Shown here piece by piece: positions 55,554-64,000 of a stretch of 64,000 nucleotides of DNA. Source of the DNA: an uncultured Acidobacteriota bacterium (lineage in GTDB: Bacteria > Acidobacteriota > Vicinamibacteria > Fen-336); NCBI GenBank assembly GCA_963740655.1, contig CAVUFF010000011.1, forward strand, positions 502,834 through 566,833, read 5' to 3'. How positions within the stretch are numbered: the stretch's first letter is position 1; every line of letters begins with the position of its first letter. Below the pieces are notes generated by a model that saw only the letters and a program-made list of their open reading frames with translations, was not told where the DNA came from and did no database searches. The translations under genes and the position numbers were made by a program.

Positions 55554-58043
55554 ATGACGAACCGTCTTGACGTGCTCGAGGCCCTGGCCGGACTTCCTGT
55601 CCGGAAGCTCGTGGCGCTCGCAACCGCCCTTTCGCTCGCTCTCGCTCCGGCGGGTCCTCTTTTCGCTGGGCCCGCCCCGGAACAGGCCGCAAGCGGCGCC
55701 GCGGCTCCCAGCACCCCGGCCGCTGCGGCGCCGGCCAAGGCCGTGCCTGCGACAACGCCGCCTCCCGTCGACGGCGGCTGGCCGAGGGCCTACTCGACCC
55801 CGAGCGGCGGGAAGATCCTGGTCTACCAGCCGCAGGTTGCGAGCTGGGACAACCAGCGGCGCATGATTGCCTATGCGGCAGTGGGTTACGAGGCCAAGGG
55901 CGCGACCAAGCCCGCGCTCGGCAGCCTGAAGATCGAGGCCGACACGAAGGTGGCGGTCTCGGAGCGGCTCGTGAGCTTCAAGCCGCTGCAGGTCACCGAG
56001 TCCAACTTCCCGACGCTCAAGAAGGAGGAAACGCGCGAGGTCGTGGCGGAGATCGTCGCGGCCATCCCGGACGCGGAGCGCGTGATCGCGCTCGACCGGG
56101 TGCTCGCGCACGTCGACAAGAGCCAGATCCTCCCGAAGAACGCCGAGGGCGTGAAGGCGGATCCGCCGAAGATCTTCTTCAGTGAGACGCCCGCCGTGCT
56201 CGTCAACCTCGACGGCGAGGCGATCTGGAGCCCCATCAAGCAGAACGACCTCAAGTTCGCCGTCAACACCAACTGGGATCTCTTCCAGCACGAGCCGACG
56301 AAGACGTTCTACCTGCGGTACGAAAAGGCGTGGCTCAAGGCCACCGACCTCGCGGGAGCCTGGGGCCCTGCCGGCCGGCTGCCCGAGAGCTTCTCGAAGC
56401 TGCCGGCCGACGACAACTGGAAGGACGTGAAGGCGTCGCTGCCCGGAGAGAAGCTCGCTGCGGACAAGGCGCCACGGGTCTTCGTGAGCACGACGCCTTC
56501 CGAGCTGATCCTGCTGAAGGGCCCGCCGCGCTACAAGCCGGTGTCGGGGACGAAGCTGACCTGGGTCAGCAACACCGAGAGCGACGTCTTTCGCATGGGG
56601 GGCACGGGCCCGGTCTACTACCTCGTGTCCGGCCGCTGGTTCACCTCGGCGGGCTTCGAAGGTCCGTGGACGTTCGCGACCCCGAACCTGCCCGCGGACT
56701 TCCAGAAGATCCCGCTCGAGCACGAGCGCTCGCGGGTGCTGGCCGCGGTGCCCGGCTCGCAGCAGGCGGCCGAGGCCGTGCTGCTGGCGCAGGTGCCCCA
56801 GACGGCTCGCGTCAACAAGAAAGAGCTGAAGGCGCCCGAGGTGGTCTACCAGGGCGAGCCGAAGTTCGAGCCGATCGAGAAGACCACCGTCCAGCAAGCG
56901 GTCAACACGGACAAGCAGATCATCAAGGTCGGCGACCTCTACTACATGTGCTTCCAGGGTGTGTGGTTCATGTCGAAGACCGCGACCGGCCCGTGGGAGG
57001 TCACGTCCAAGGTTCCGAAGGAGATCTACGAGATCCCCACGAGCTCGTCGGCCAACAACGTGACGTACGTGACGGTCGTGGAGGACGACTCGGACGACGA
57101 GTGGGTCCAGTTTGCGACGGTCGCCGCCTATACCGGCGTCATGATCGCCTGGGGCTGCGCTGTGTGGGGCAGCGGCTGGTATCACCCCCCCTACTGGGGC
57201 TGGGGCGGCGGCTATCCCTACTACTACCCGCACTACCCGAGCTACGGGTACGGCGCGTCCTACAACCCGTGGACCGGCGCCTACGGCCGCGGCGCGGTCG
57301 CTTACGGTCCCTACGGCGGCGCGGGAGTCACCTCGCGCTACAACCCGCGCACAGGCACCTACTCGCGCGGCGCGGCGGCCTGGGGGCCGTACGGCGCGCG
57401 CGGCTACGGCGAGGCCTACAACCCGCGCACCGGCGCCTACGGACAGACGCGCCAGGGCTCGAACGTCTACGGCAGCTGGGGCGCGACGTCCGTGCAGCGC
57501 GGCGACCAGTGGGCGCAGACTGCGCGCACGACGAACCGGGCGACGGGCGCCACGACGCGCGCGACGCGGACGAGCGAAGGCGGCGCGGCCGTCACGCGCA
57601 ACGGGCCCGGAGTCGGGAACAACTCGGGTGTCGTGCGCACCGGCGGCGGCGACGTCTACGCCGGCCGCGACGGCAACGTCTACCGCAACGACGGTGGCAG
57701 CTGGCAGAAGTACGACAACGGGAACTGGGGCAACGTCGACACGCCGCAGCGCCAGGGGCAGGCGGCCACGACGCAGTCGCGCGACCGCGCGAACGCCGGC
57801 CCGCAGCCCACGACGCAGGCTCGCGACCGCAGCACGACGGGCGCTGGCTCGTCCGGTGGCTGGGACTCCGCGACGCGGGACCAGCTCAACCGCGACTCGC
57901 GCGCCCGCTCCGAAGGCACTCAGCGCACCCGCGACTACAGCAGCTACCAGGGCAGCGGTGGCAGCCGCAGCAGCTCGAGCTCGTACCGCTCGAGCGGCTC
58001 GCGCGGCGGTGGGGGACGAGGAGGCGGCGGCCGTCGACGGTAA
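55554..58043 (+). CDS. Large secreted hypothetical protein with a C-terminal aromatic/Gly-rich repetitive region
   Basis: Signal peptide. ~560-aa globular region. Then GWYHPPYWGWGGGYPYYYPHYPSYGYG and repeated YNP(W/R)TG.Y.RG..A(Y/W)GPYG units, ending in an RGGGG tail. Confidence 0.65.
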   Translation: MTNRLDVLEALAGLPVRKLVALATALSLALAPAGPLFAGPAPEQAASGAAAPSTPAAAAPAKAVPATTPPPVDGGWPRAYSTPSGGKILVYQPQVASWDNQRRMIAYAAVGYEAKGATKPALGSLKIEADTKVAVSERLVSFKPLQVTESNFPTLKKEETREVVAEIVAAIPDAERVIALDRVLAHVDKSQILPKNAEGVKADPPKIFFSETPAVLVNLDGEAIWSPIKQNDLKFAVNTNWDLFQHEPTKTFYLRYEKAWLKATDLAGAWGPAGRLPESFSKLPADDNWKDVKASLPGEKLAADKAPRVFVSTTPSELILLKGPPRYKPVSGTKLTWVSNTESDVFRMGGTGPVYYLVSGRWFTSAGFEGPWTFATPNLPADFQKIPLEHERSRVLAAVPGSQQAAEAVLLAQVPQTARVNKKELKAPEVVYQGEPKFEPIEKTTVQQAVNTDKQIIKVGDLYYMCFQGVWFMSKTATGPWEVTSKVPKEIYEIPTSSSANNVTYVTVVEDDSDDEWVQFATVAAYTGVMIAWGCAVWGSGWYHPPYWGWGGGYPYYYPHYPSYGYGASYNPWTGAYGRGAVAYGPYGGAGVTSRYNPRTGTYSRGAAAWGPYGARGYGEAYNPRTGAYGQTRQGSNVYGSWGATSVQRGDQWAQTARTTNRATGATTRATRTSEGGAAVTRNGPGVGNNSGVVRTGGGDVYAGRDGNVYRNDGGSWQKYDNGNWGNVDTPQRQGQAATTQSRDRANAGPQPTTQARDRSTTGAGSSGGWDSATRDQLNRDSRARSEGTQRTRDYSSYQGSGGSRSSSSSYRSSGSRGGGGRGGGGRRR

Positions 58044-58123
58044 CAGGGACGTCTCGTACGTCAGACAGTGGACCCGTGAGCATCGTCTGCGCTGCCTGAA
58101 ACAGACATCGAGGAGGTGAGGGC

Positions 58124-60859
58124 ATGACCACCGAGGGCGATCGCCTCGAAGGTGCACGGCTCGGGAAGGCTCCCTGGAAGAAGTGGGGGCCCTACCTGAG
58201 CGAGCGGCAGTGGGGCACGGTGCGCGAGGACTACAGCGACAACGGCGACGCCTGGAACCACTTTCCCCACGACCACGCGCGCTCGCGCGCCTACCGCTGG
58301 GGCGAGGACGGCCTCGCGGGAGTCTCGGACGACGAGCAGCGGGTCTGCCTGGCGCTCGCGCTCTGGAACGGCAAGGACCCGATCCTCAAGGAGCGCCTGT
58401 TCGGCCTCACCAACAGCGAAGGCAATCACGGCGAGGACGTGAAGGAGTACTACTTCTACCTCGACTCCACTCCCACGCACTCGTACATGAAGTACCTGTA
58501 CAAGTATCCCCAGGCGGCCTACCCCTACGGTGACATCGTGAAGACCAACCGGGACAGGAGCCGCGAGCAGCCCGAGTACGAGCTCCTCGACACGGGCGTC
58601 TTCGATCAGGACCGCTACTTCGACGTCTTCGTCGAGTACGCGAAGGCGAGCCCCGAGGACCTGCTGATGCAGGTGAGCGTGCACAACCGCGGCCGTCAGC
58701 CGGCGACACTTCACGTCCTGCCGACGGTCTGGTTCCGCAACACCTGGTCGTGGGGCGACGCAGGCTCGCGGCCTTCGCTGCGACAGGTCGCGCGCGACGC
58801 GAAGGGCTCGGTGATCGGCCTCGGCAGCGAGGAGCTCGGCACGCGCTTCCTGTGCAGCGAAGGGCCGGCCGGCCTGCTCTTCACCGACAACGAGACGAAC
58901 AGCGAGCGCCTGTTCGCGACGCCCAACCGGACGCCTTACGTCAAGGACGCCTTCGACCGCTACCTGGTGCAGGGCGATGCGAGCGCCGTCAACCCCGAGC
59001 ACACGGGGACGAAGGCGGCGGTCCACTACACGCTCGAGGTCGGGGCGGGGAAATCCGAGACGCTGCGCCTGCGGCTCTGCCAGACTGCGCCGTCGCAGAC
59101 GAGCGCACCCTTCGCGGACTTCGACGCGGTGATGCAGGCGCGGCGCCGGGAGGCCGACGAGTTCTACGCCACGGTGATCCCGGCCTCGCTCGACGCGGAC
59201 GCGGCCGGCGTGATGCGCCAGGCGCTCGCCGGCATGATGTGGTCGAAGCAGTTCTACAACTACGACCTCGACGCGTGGCTCGTCGAGCACGGCGCCGACC
59301 CGTTCGCCCCGCGGCGCGCCGCCCCGCGCAACGACCACTGGCACCACATGGCGAACGCCGACGTCATCTCGATGCCCGACAAGTGGGAGTACCCGTGGTA
59401 CGCGGCCTGGGACCTGGCGTTCCACGTGCTGGCGCTCACACTCGTCGACGAGGACTTTGGCAAAGCGCAGCTCGACTTGATGCTGCAGGACCGCTACCTG
59501 CACCCGAACGGCCAGATCCCGGCCTACGAGTGGAACTTCGGCGACGTGAACCCGCCGGTCCACGCCTGGGCCACGATCTTCACCTACCGCCTCGAGCAGG
59601 CGCAGCACGGGCAGGGCGACCTCGACTGGCTCGAGCGCTCGTTCCAGAAGCTGGTGCTGAACTTCACCTGGTGGGTGAACCGCAAGGACCGCACCGGCCG
59701 CAACGCCTTCGAGGGCGGCTTTCTCGGCCTCGACAACATCGGCGTCTTCGACAGAAGCGCGCCACTGCCCACCGGCGGCTACCTGGAGCAGGCCGACGGC
59801 ACCGCCTGGATGGCGCTGTTCAGCCAGAACATGCTCGAGATCGCCGTGCAGCTCGCGCTCGCCAAGCCCGCCTACGCCGACATGTGCCTGAAGTTCTTCC
59901 AGCACTTCCTCTGGATCGCCTCGGCGATGGCCCACGCCGGCGAGGACGCCGGGATGTGGGACGAGGAGGACGGCTTCTTCTACGACGTGCTGCGCCTGCC
60001 CGACGGCCGTTCCGAACGCCTGAAGGTGCGATCGATGGTCGGGCTGCTGCCGCTCTGCGCCGTCACCGTCTTCGAGGGCGAGCTGATCGAGAAGTATCCC
60101 GAGATGGCCCAGCGCATGCGCCGGTTCCTCGCGACGCGGCCAGAGCTCACCGCCTCGATCCACGATCCGACGCTGGTCGGGCAGGGCGGCCGCCGGCTCG
60201 CCTCGGTCCTCAACGAGAAACGCCTGCGCCGGGTGCTCGCAAAGCTCGTCGACGAGAGGGAGTTCTTCGGGCCCTGCGGCGTGCGCGCTCTCAGCCGCTA
60301 CCACGCCGACCACCCGTACGTCATGCAGACGGGCGGCCAGGAGTACCGCGTGGACTACCTGCCCGGAGAGTCGGACTCCGGCATGTTCGGCGGCAACTCC
60401 AACTGGCGCGGACCCGTGTGGATGCCGGTCAACGGGCTGATCCTCCGCGCGCTGCTGCAGTACTACGCGTACTACGGCGACGACTTCAAGATCGAGTGTC
60501 CGACGGGCTCCGGGCGCCAGCTGACGCTCTACCAGGTGGCCGAGGAGCTGCAGCGCCGGCTGTCGGGCATCTTCCTGCGCGACGCGAAGGGGAAGCGTCC
60601 CGTCAACGGCGAGACCCGCAAGTTTCAGGACGATCCGCACTGGCGCGACCTCGTCCAGTTCTTCGAGTACTTCCACGGGGATACCGGCCAGGGGATCGGC
60701 GCCAGCCATCAGACCGGCTGGACGGGCGTCGTGGCGCGGGGCATGCACCTGTTCGCCACCACGACGCCCGCGCAGGTCCTTGCCCTGGGCAAGGCCGCGG
60801 GCGTGACCGAGACGGCGCCCCGAACGCCGGGCCGCGGCGAGACTCGCCGCTCGCGATGA
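58124..60859 (+). CDS. GH63/MGH1-like (alpha/alpha)6-barrel glycoside hydrolase
   Basis: WKKWGPYLSERQWGTVREDYS N-terminus. WEYPWYAAWDLAFH. Length ~910 aa. No signal peptide. Confidence 0.75.
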   Translation: MTTEGDRLEGARLGKAPWKKWGPYLSERQWGTVREDYSDNGDAWNHFPHDHARSRAYRWGEDGLAGVSDDEQRVCLALALWNGKDPILKERLFGLTNSEGNHGEDVKEYYFYLDSTPTHSYMKYLYKYPQAAYPYGDIVKTNRDRSREQPEYELLDTGVFDQDRYFDVFVEYAKASPEDLLMQVSVHNRGRQPATLHVLPTVWFRNTWSWGDAGSRPSLRQVARDAKGSVIGLGSEELGTRFLCSEGPAGLLFTDNETNSERLFATPNRTPYVKDAFDRYLVQGDASAVNPEHTGTKAAVHYTLEVGAGKSETLRLRLCQTAPSQTSAPFADFDAVMQARRREADEFYATVIPASLDADAAGVMRQALAGMMWSKQFYNYDLDAWLVEHGADPFAPRRAAPRNDHWHHMANADVISMPDKWEYPWYAAWDLAFHVLALTLVDEDFGKAQLDLMLQDRYLHPNGQIPAYEWNFGDVNPPVHAWATIFTYRLEQAQHGQGDLDWLERSFQKLVLNFTWWVNRKDRTGRNAFEGGFLGLDNIGVFDRSAPLPTGGYLEQADGTAWMALFSQNMLEIAVQLALAKPAYADMCLKFFQHFLWIASAMAHAGEDAGMWDEEDGFFYDVLRLPDGRSERLKVRSMVGLLPLCAVTVFEGELIEKYPEMAQRMRRFLATRPELTASIHDPTLVGQGGRRLASVLNEKRLRRVLAKLVDEREFFGPCGVRALSRYHADHPYVMQTGGQEYRVDYLPGESDSGMFGGNSNWRGPVWMPVNGLILRALLQYYAYYGDDFKIECPTGSGRQLTLYQVAEELQRRLSGIFLRDAKGKRPVNGETRKFQDDPHWRDLVQFFEYFHGDTGQGIGASHQTGWTGVVARGMHLFATTTPAQVLALGKAAGVTETAPRTPGRGETRRSR

Positions 60860-62154
60860 GGGGGCGCGCGTTCGGCTCCCACGCCGCCTGGGCACGCGGC
60901 GGGATCGTCACGCCGTTGGCCTACGCGGCGGCCGCCGTCGTCCTCGGCATGCTCGTGCCCCGGCTCGAGCGCCATTTCTTCCCTGACCTCACGGCGCCGG
61001 CGAGCGCGAGCGCAGCGATCGCGCTGCTCTCGGCGGTCGCTTCCGGCATGCTGCCGCTCACCGGTCTCGTCTTCTCGCTCGCCTTCGTGATGGTGCAGTT
61101 CAGTGCCTCGGCGTACTCGCCGCGCCTGGTGTCGTGGTTCGCCGGCTCCGCGATGATGAGCCACTCGCTCGGCGTCTTCACCGCAACCTTCATCTACTCG
61201 CTCGCGGCCATCGTGTGGGTGGACCGCGGCGGCACCGGCAAGGTGCCGCCGTTCACGCTCTGGGTCGCGATCGCGCTGCTGCTCGTGAGCGTGGTCTTCT
61301 TCGTGCTGCTGGTGGAGAAGCTCGAGGCGCTCCAGATCTCGCGGGTCCTCCAGTATGCCGGCGACCAGGGTCGGGTCGTGATCGAGCGGGACTACCCGCT
61401 GCTCGAGGGTCCCGAGGACGGCAGGACCGGGGCGGCGACCCGGGGCTCGGAGCTGCCGGAGGTGAGCCAGCTGCTCGCCCACCGTGGCGGTCCCGCGGTG
61501 ATCCAGGCGATCGACGTCTCGGGCCTCGTCGCTCTCGGCGCGGGCGCGGGGGCCGTCGTCGAGGTGGCGTGGGCGGTGGGCGACACGGTGATCGACGGCA
61601 TGCCGCTGCTGCGCGTCCACGGGGGCGCACGACCCATCTCCGAGTGGAAGCTGCGGCGGCGCGTCAACCTCGGCTCGGAGCGTACCTTCGAGCAGGACCC
61701 CAAGTATGCGATTCGCATCCTCGTCGACATCGCGATCAAGGCGCTTTCGCCGGCGATCAACGATCCCACGACCGCGGTGCAGGCGCTCGACCAGCTCGAA
61801 GACCTGCTGCTGCGGCTGGGCCGGCGGAGCCTCGCGGCCGGCCGTGCCCGCGACGCATCCGGCAGCGTGCGTCTCGTCTTCCCGGTGCCGAGCTGGGAAG
61901 ACTTCCTGGTCCTCGCGCTCGACGAGATCCGCTACTGCGGCGCGAGCTCGATCCAGGTGATGCGACGGATGCGGGCGCTGCTGCTCGACCTGATGAAGAG
62001 CGCTCCGCCCGAGCGGCGTAGGGCGCTCGAGCGCTACCTGGAGCGCGTCGACGACGGCATTCGCCGCGCCTTCGAGGACGGCGCGGACAGGAAGGACGCC
62101 CTCGAGCAGGACCGCCAGGGGCTGGGCCTGTCGCCGGAGCAGCGGCAGGCGTGA
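60856..62154 (+). CDS. DUF2254-like membrane protein
   Basis: ATGA overlap with the upstream stop. 4-5 N-terminal TM helices, then a soluble domain. Confidence 0.55.
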   Translation: MRGRAFGSHAAWARGGIVTPLAYAAAAVVLGMLVPRLERHFFPDLTAPASASAAIALLSAVASGMLPLTGLVFSLAFVMVQFSASAYSPRLVSWFAGSAMMSHSLGVFTATFIYSLAAIVWVDRGGTGKVPPFTLWVAIALLLVSVVFFVLLVEKLEALQISRVLQYAGDQGRVVIERDYPLLEGPEDGRTGAATRGSELPEVSQLLAHRGGPAVIQAIDVSGLVALGAGAGAVVEVAWAVGDTVIDGMPLLRVHGGARPISEWKLRRRVNLGSERTFEQDPKYAIRILVDIAIKALSPAINDPTTAVQALDQLEDLLLRLGRRSLAAGRARDASGSVRLVFPVPSWEDFLVLALDEIRYCGASSIQVMRRMRALLLDLMKSAPPERRRALERYLERVDDGIRRAFEDGADRKDALEQDRQGLGLSPEQRQA

Positions 62155-63641
62155 GCGCGCGTACGTCGGGGCCGCGTTATCCATCGCTCTACCAGCTGAA
62201 CACGCGCACCTTCCTGACGGCCCTCGCCTCGCGCCTGGGCCGGCGGGCGACACTCGACGACTTCCCGGATGAGCAGATCGACCGGCTCGCGGCTCTCGGC
62301 TTCGACTGGGTCTGGCTGCTGAGCGTGTGGAGCACCGGGCGGGCGAGCCAGAAGGTCTCGCGGTCCTTGCCCGAGCTGCGCGGGGAGTTCGAGGCGACGC
62401 TGCCGGACCTGCGGGAGGACGACATCGCGGGCTCGGGCTTCGCGATCACCGGCTACTCGGTGCACCCGGCGCTCGGAGGCGACGCGGCGCTCGCGCGGCT
62501 CCGCGCGCGCCTCGCCGCGCGCGGCCTCAAGCTGATGCTCGACTTCGTTCCCAACCACACGGCGCTCGACCACTCCTGGGTGGAGGACCACCCGGAGTAC
62601 TACGTGGGCGGGACGGAGCTGGACCTCGCGCGCGAGCCGCGCAACTTCACGTGGGCGAGGCGCAAGCGCGGCGACCGCGTGATGGCCTACGGGCGCGACC
62701 CGTACTTCGCGGGCTGGGCGGACACGCTGCAGCTCGACTACGCGAATCCGGCGACGCGAGAGGCGATGGCGGCGGAGCTCTTGAAGATCGCGCGCCAGTG
62801 CGACGGCGTGCGCTGCGACATGGCGATGCTGGTGCTGCCGGAGGTGTTCGAGCGGACCTGGGGCCGTCGGGCCGAGCCGTTCTGGCCGGCGGCCGTCGCG
62901 CGCGTGCGCGAGACGGTCCCGGGCTTCCTGCTCATGGCCGAGGTCTACTGGAGTCTCGAGTGGACCCTGCAGCAGCAGGGCTTCGATTACGCGTACGACA
63001 AGCGCCTCTACGACCGCCTGCACGAGGGCGCGGCGCGGCCCGTCCGCGAGCACTTCCAGGCCGGGCTCGACTACCAGGACAGGCTCGCGCGCTTCCTCGA
63101 GAACCACGACGAGCCGCGGGCGGCGGCGACGTTCGCGCCGGACGCGCACCGGGCCGCGGCGGTGCTCAGCTTTCTGTCTCCCGGGCTGCGCTTCTTCCAC
63201 GCGGGACAGCTCGAGGGGCGTCGGAAGAAGATCTCGCCCCACCTCGTGCGGGCGCCCGTGGAGCCCGTCGATCGGGAGCTCGCGGCCTTCTACGAGCGGC
63301 TGCTCGGCGTGCTGCGGCGGCCGGCCGTGCGAGACGGCCAGTGGCAGCTGCTCGAGTGCGCGGCTGCCTGGGACGGCAACGCGAGCTCGGACGGTTTCGT
63401 CGCCTTCGCCTGGGAGCTCCACGAAGAGCGGCTGCTGGTCGCCGTGAATCAAGCCGCCGGCCGCGGCCAGTGCCACGTGCGCCTGCCGTTCGCGGACCTG
63501 GCGGGCCGCTCGTGGCGGCTGCGGGACGAGCTCGGCCCGGCCGTTTACGATCGCGACGGCTCGCAGCTGCAGGCGCCTGGGCTTTACCTCGACGAGCCGG
63601 CGTGGCAGGCCTCGGTGTTTTCGCTGACGCCGGTCGAGTGA
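62151..63641 (+). CDS. GH13 alpha-amylase-family catalytic-domain protein (cytoplasmic)
   Basis: GTGA overlap with the upstream gene. LMLDFVPNHTALDH (region I-like). GFDYAYD. Confidence 0.7.
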   Translation: MSARTSGPRYPSLYQLNTRTFLTALASRLGRRATLDDFPDEQIDRLAALGFDWVWLLSVWSTGRASQKVSRSLPELRGEFEATLPDLREDDIAGSGFAITGYSVHPALGGDAALARLRARLAARGLKLMLDFVPNHTALDHSWVEDHPEYYVGGTELDLAREPRNFTWARRKRGDRVMAYGRDPYFAGWADTLQLDYANPATREAMAAELLKIARQCDGVRCDMAMLVLPEVFERTWGRRAEPFWPAAVARVRETVPGFLLMAEVYWSLEWTLQQQGFDYAYDKRLYDRLHEGAARPVREHFQAGLDYQDRLARFLENHDEPRAAATFAPDAHRAAAVLSFLSPGLRFFHAGQLEGRRKKISPHLVRAPVEPVDRELAAFYERLLGVLRRPAVRDGQWQLLECAAAWDGNASSDGFVAFAWELHEERLLVAVNQAAGRGQCHVRLPFADLAGRSWRLRDELGPAVYDRDGSQLQAPGLYLDEPAWQASVFSLTPVE

Positions 63642-63688
63642 TATAGCACCTCCTTCTCCGATAGACTCCGGCCTCGACAGGGGGCCGC

Positions 63689-64000
63689 ATGGACTGGTTC
63701 GTCGGTTCGCTCCGCGAGAATCCCGAGCTCGCCATCTTCCTGACGCTCGCGATCGGCTTCACGATCGGGCGGCTCCGCCTCGGCAGCTTCAGCCTCGGCG
63801 CCGTCGTCGGGACGCTCCTGGCCGGCGTCGTGGTCGGCCAGCTCGACATCCGCGTCGACCCGCTCGTCAAGGTCGTCTTCTTCGACCTGTTCCTGTTCGC
63901 CACCGGCTACAAGGTCGGCCCGCAGTTCTTCCGCGGCCTCCGGAAGAACGCCGGATCGCAGGCGCTGCTGACACTCGTGCTGTGCCTCGCGAGCCTTGTC
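63689..64000 (+). CDS. Putative transporter, N-terminal part (YidE/YbjL/AAE-type); truncated by window end
   Basis: MDWFVGSLRENPELAIFLTLAIGFTIGRLRLGSFSLGAVVGTLLAGVVVGQL is typical of the family N-terminus. Confidence 0.55.
   Translation, partial: MDWFVGSLRENPELAIFLTLAIGFTIGRLRLGSFSLGAVVGTLLAGVVVGQLDIRVDPLVKVVFFDLFLFATGYKVGPQFFRGLRKNAGSQALLTLVLCLASLV

Overview
This 64-kb window is a very GC-rich bacterial chromosomal segment with G/C-dominated third codon positions. Gene content (PEGA-domain proteins, many Ser/Thr kinases, multiheme cytochromes, a nos-type accessory cluster, ACR3) suggests a Myxococcota/Deltaproteobacteria-like genome, but this is inference. I found about 60 protein-coding genes in tight, often overlapping operons. 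I saw no transposase, integrase, CRISPR array or rRNA/tRNA gene.

Main content, in order:
- An intact ArsR / thioredoxin-like / permease module (238-1988).
- A classical arsR-arsC-acr3 operon riddled with single-base frameshifts (2993-4996).
- A six-gene minus-strand operon (5365-13016): ferredoxin, an AhbD/NirJ-like radical SAM/SPASM protein, a CoA-transferase, an 11-heme cytochrome c fused to a cytochrome b domain (CbcL-like), and a two-gene fused 2-oxoacid:ferredoxin oxidoreductase.
- A tandem UspA protein, an orphan radical-SAM-like protein and a TonB-family protein.
- A PAS-LuxR regulator followed by a deletion scar that left only nosL-nosY-type accessory genes.
- Housekeeping and salvage genes: malic enzyme, MtgA, acyl-CoA dehydrogenase-MeaB-epimerase, MTAP and a PfkB kinase.
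- A CheY-like receiver followed by three tandem paralogous lipoproteins sharing an unrecognised ~130-aa, 8-cysteine domain (27370-29357). This is the most novel-looking element.
- LpxB, and two inverted paralogous Gly/Tyr/His-rich PEGA proteins about 19 kb apart.
- A PBP-like transpeptidase, a GWxTD protein, HU, CtpA, an EnvC-like M23 peptidase and an AlkP-family lipoprotein.
- Two Ser/Thr kinases flanking adjacent VapBC and MazEF-like toxin-antitoxin pairs, the second preceded by a palindromic operator.
- RuvX, MltG and a Tat-exported Gfo/Idh/MocA oxidoreductase.
- A TonB-dependent receptor and a Ptb/Pta-like acyltransferase.
- A GH63-like / DUF2254 / GH13 operon.

Several truncated or frameshifted genes point to local gene decay or to assembly artefacts. 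Most of the long Arg/Ala-rich ORFs in the six-frame track are alternative-frame artefacts of the high GC content. All calls rest on sequence motifs read by eye; no database search was possible.
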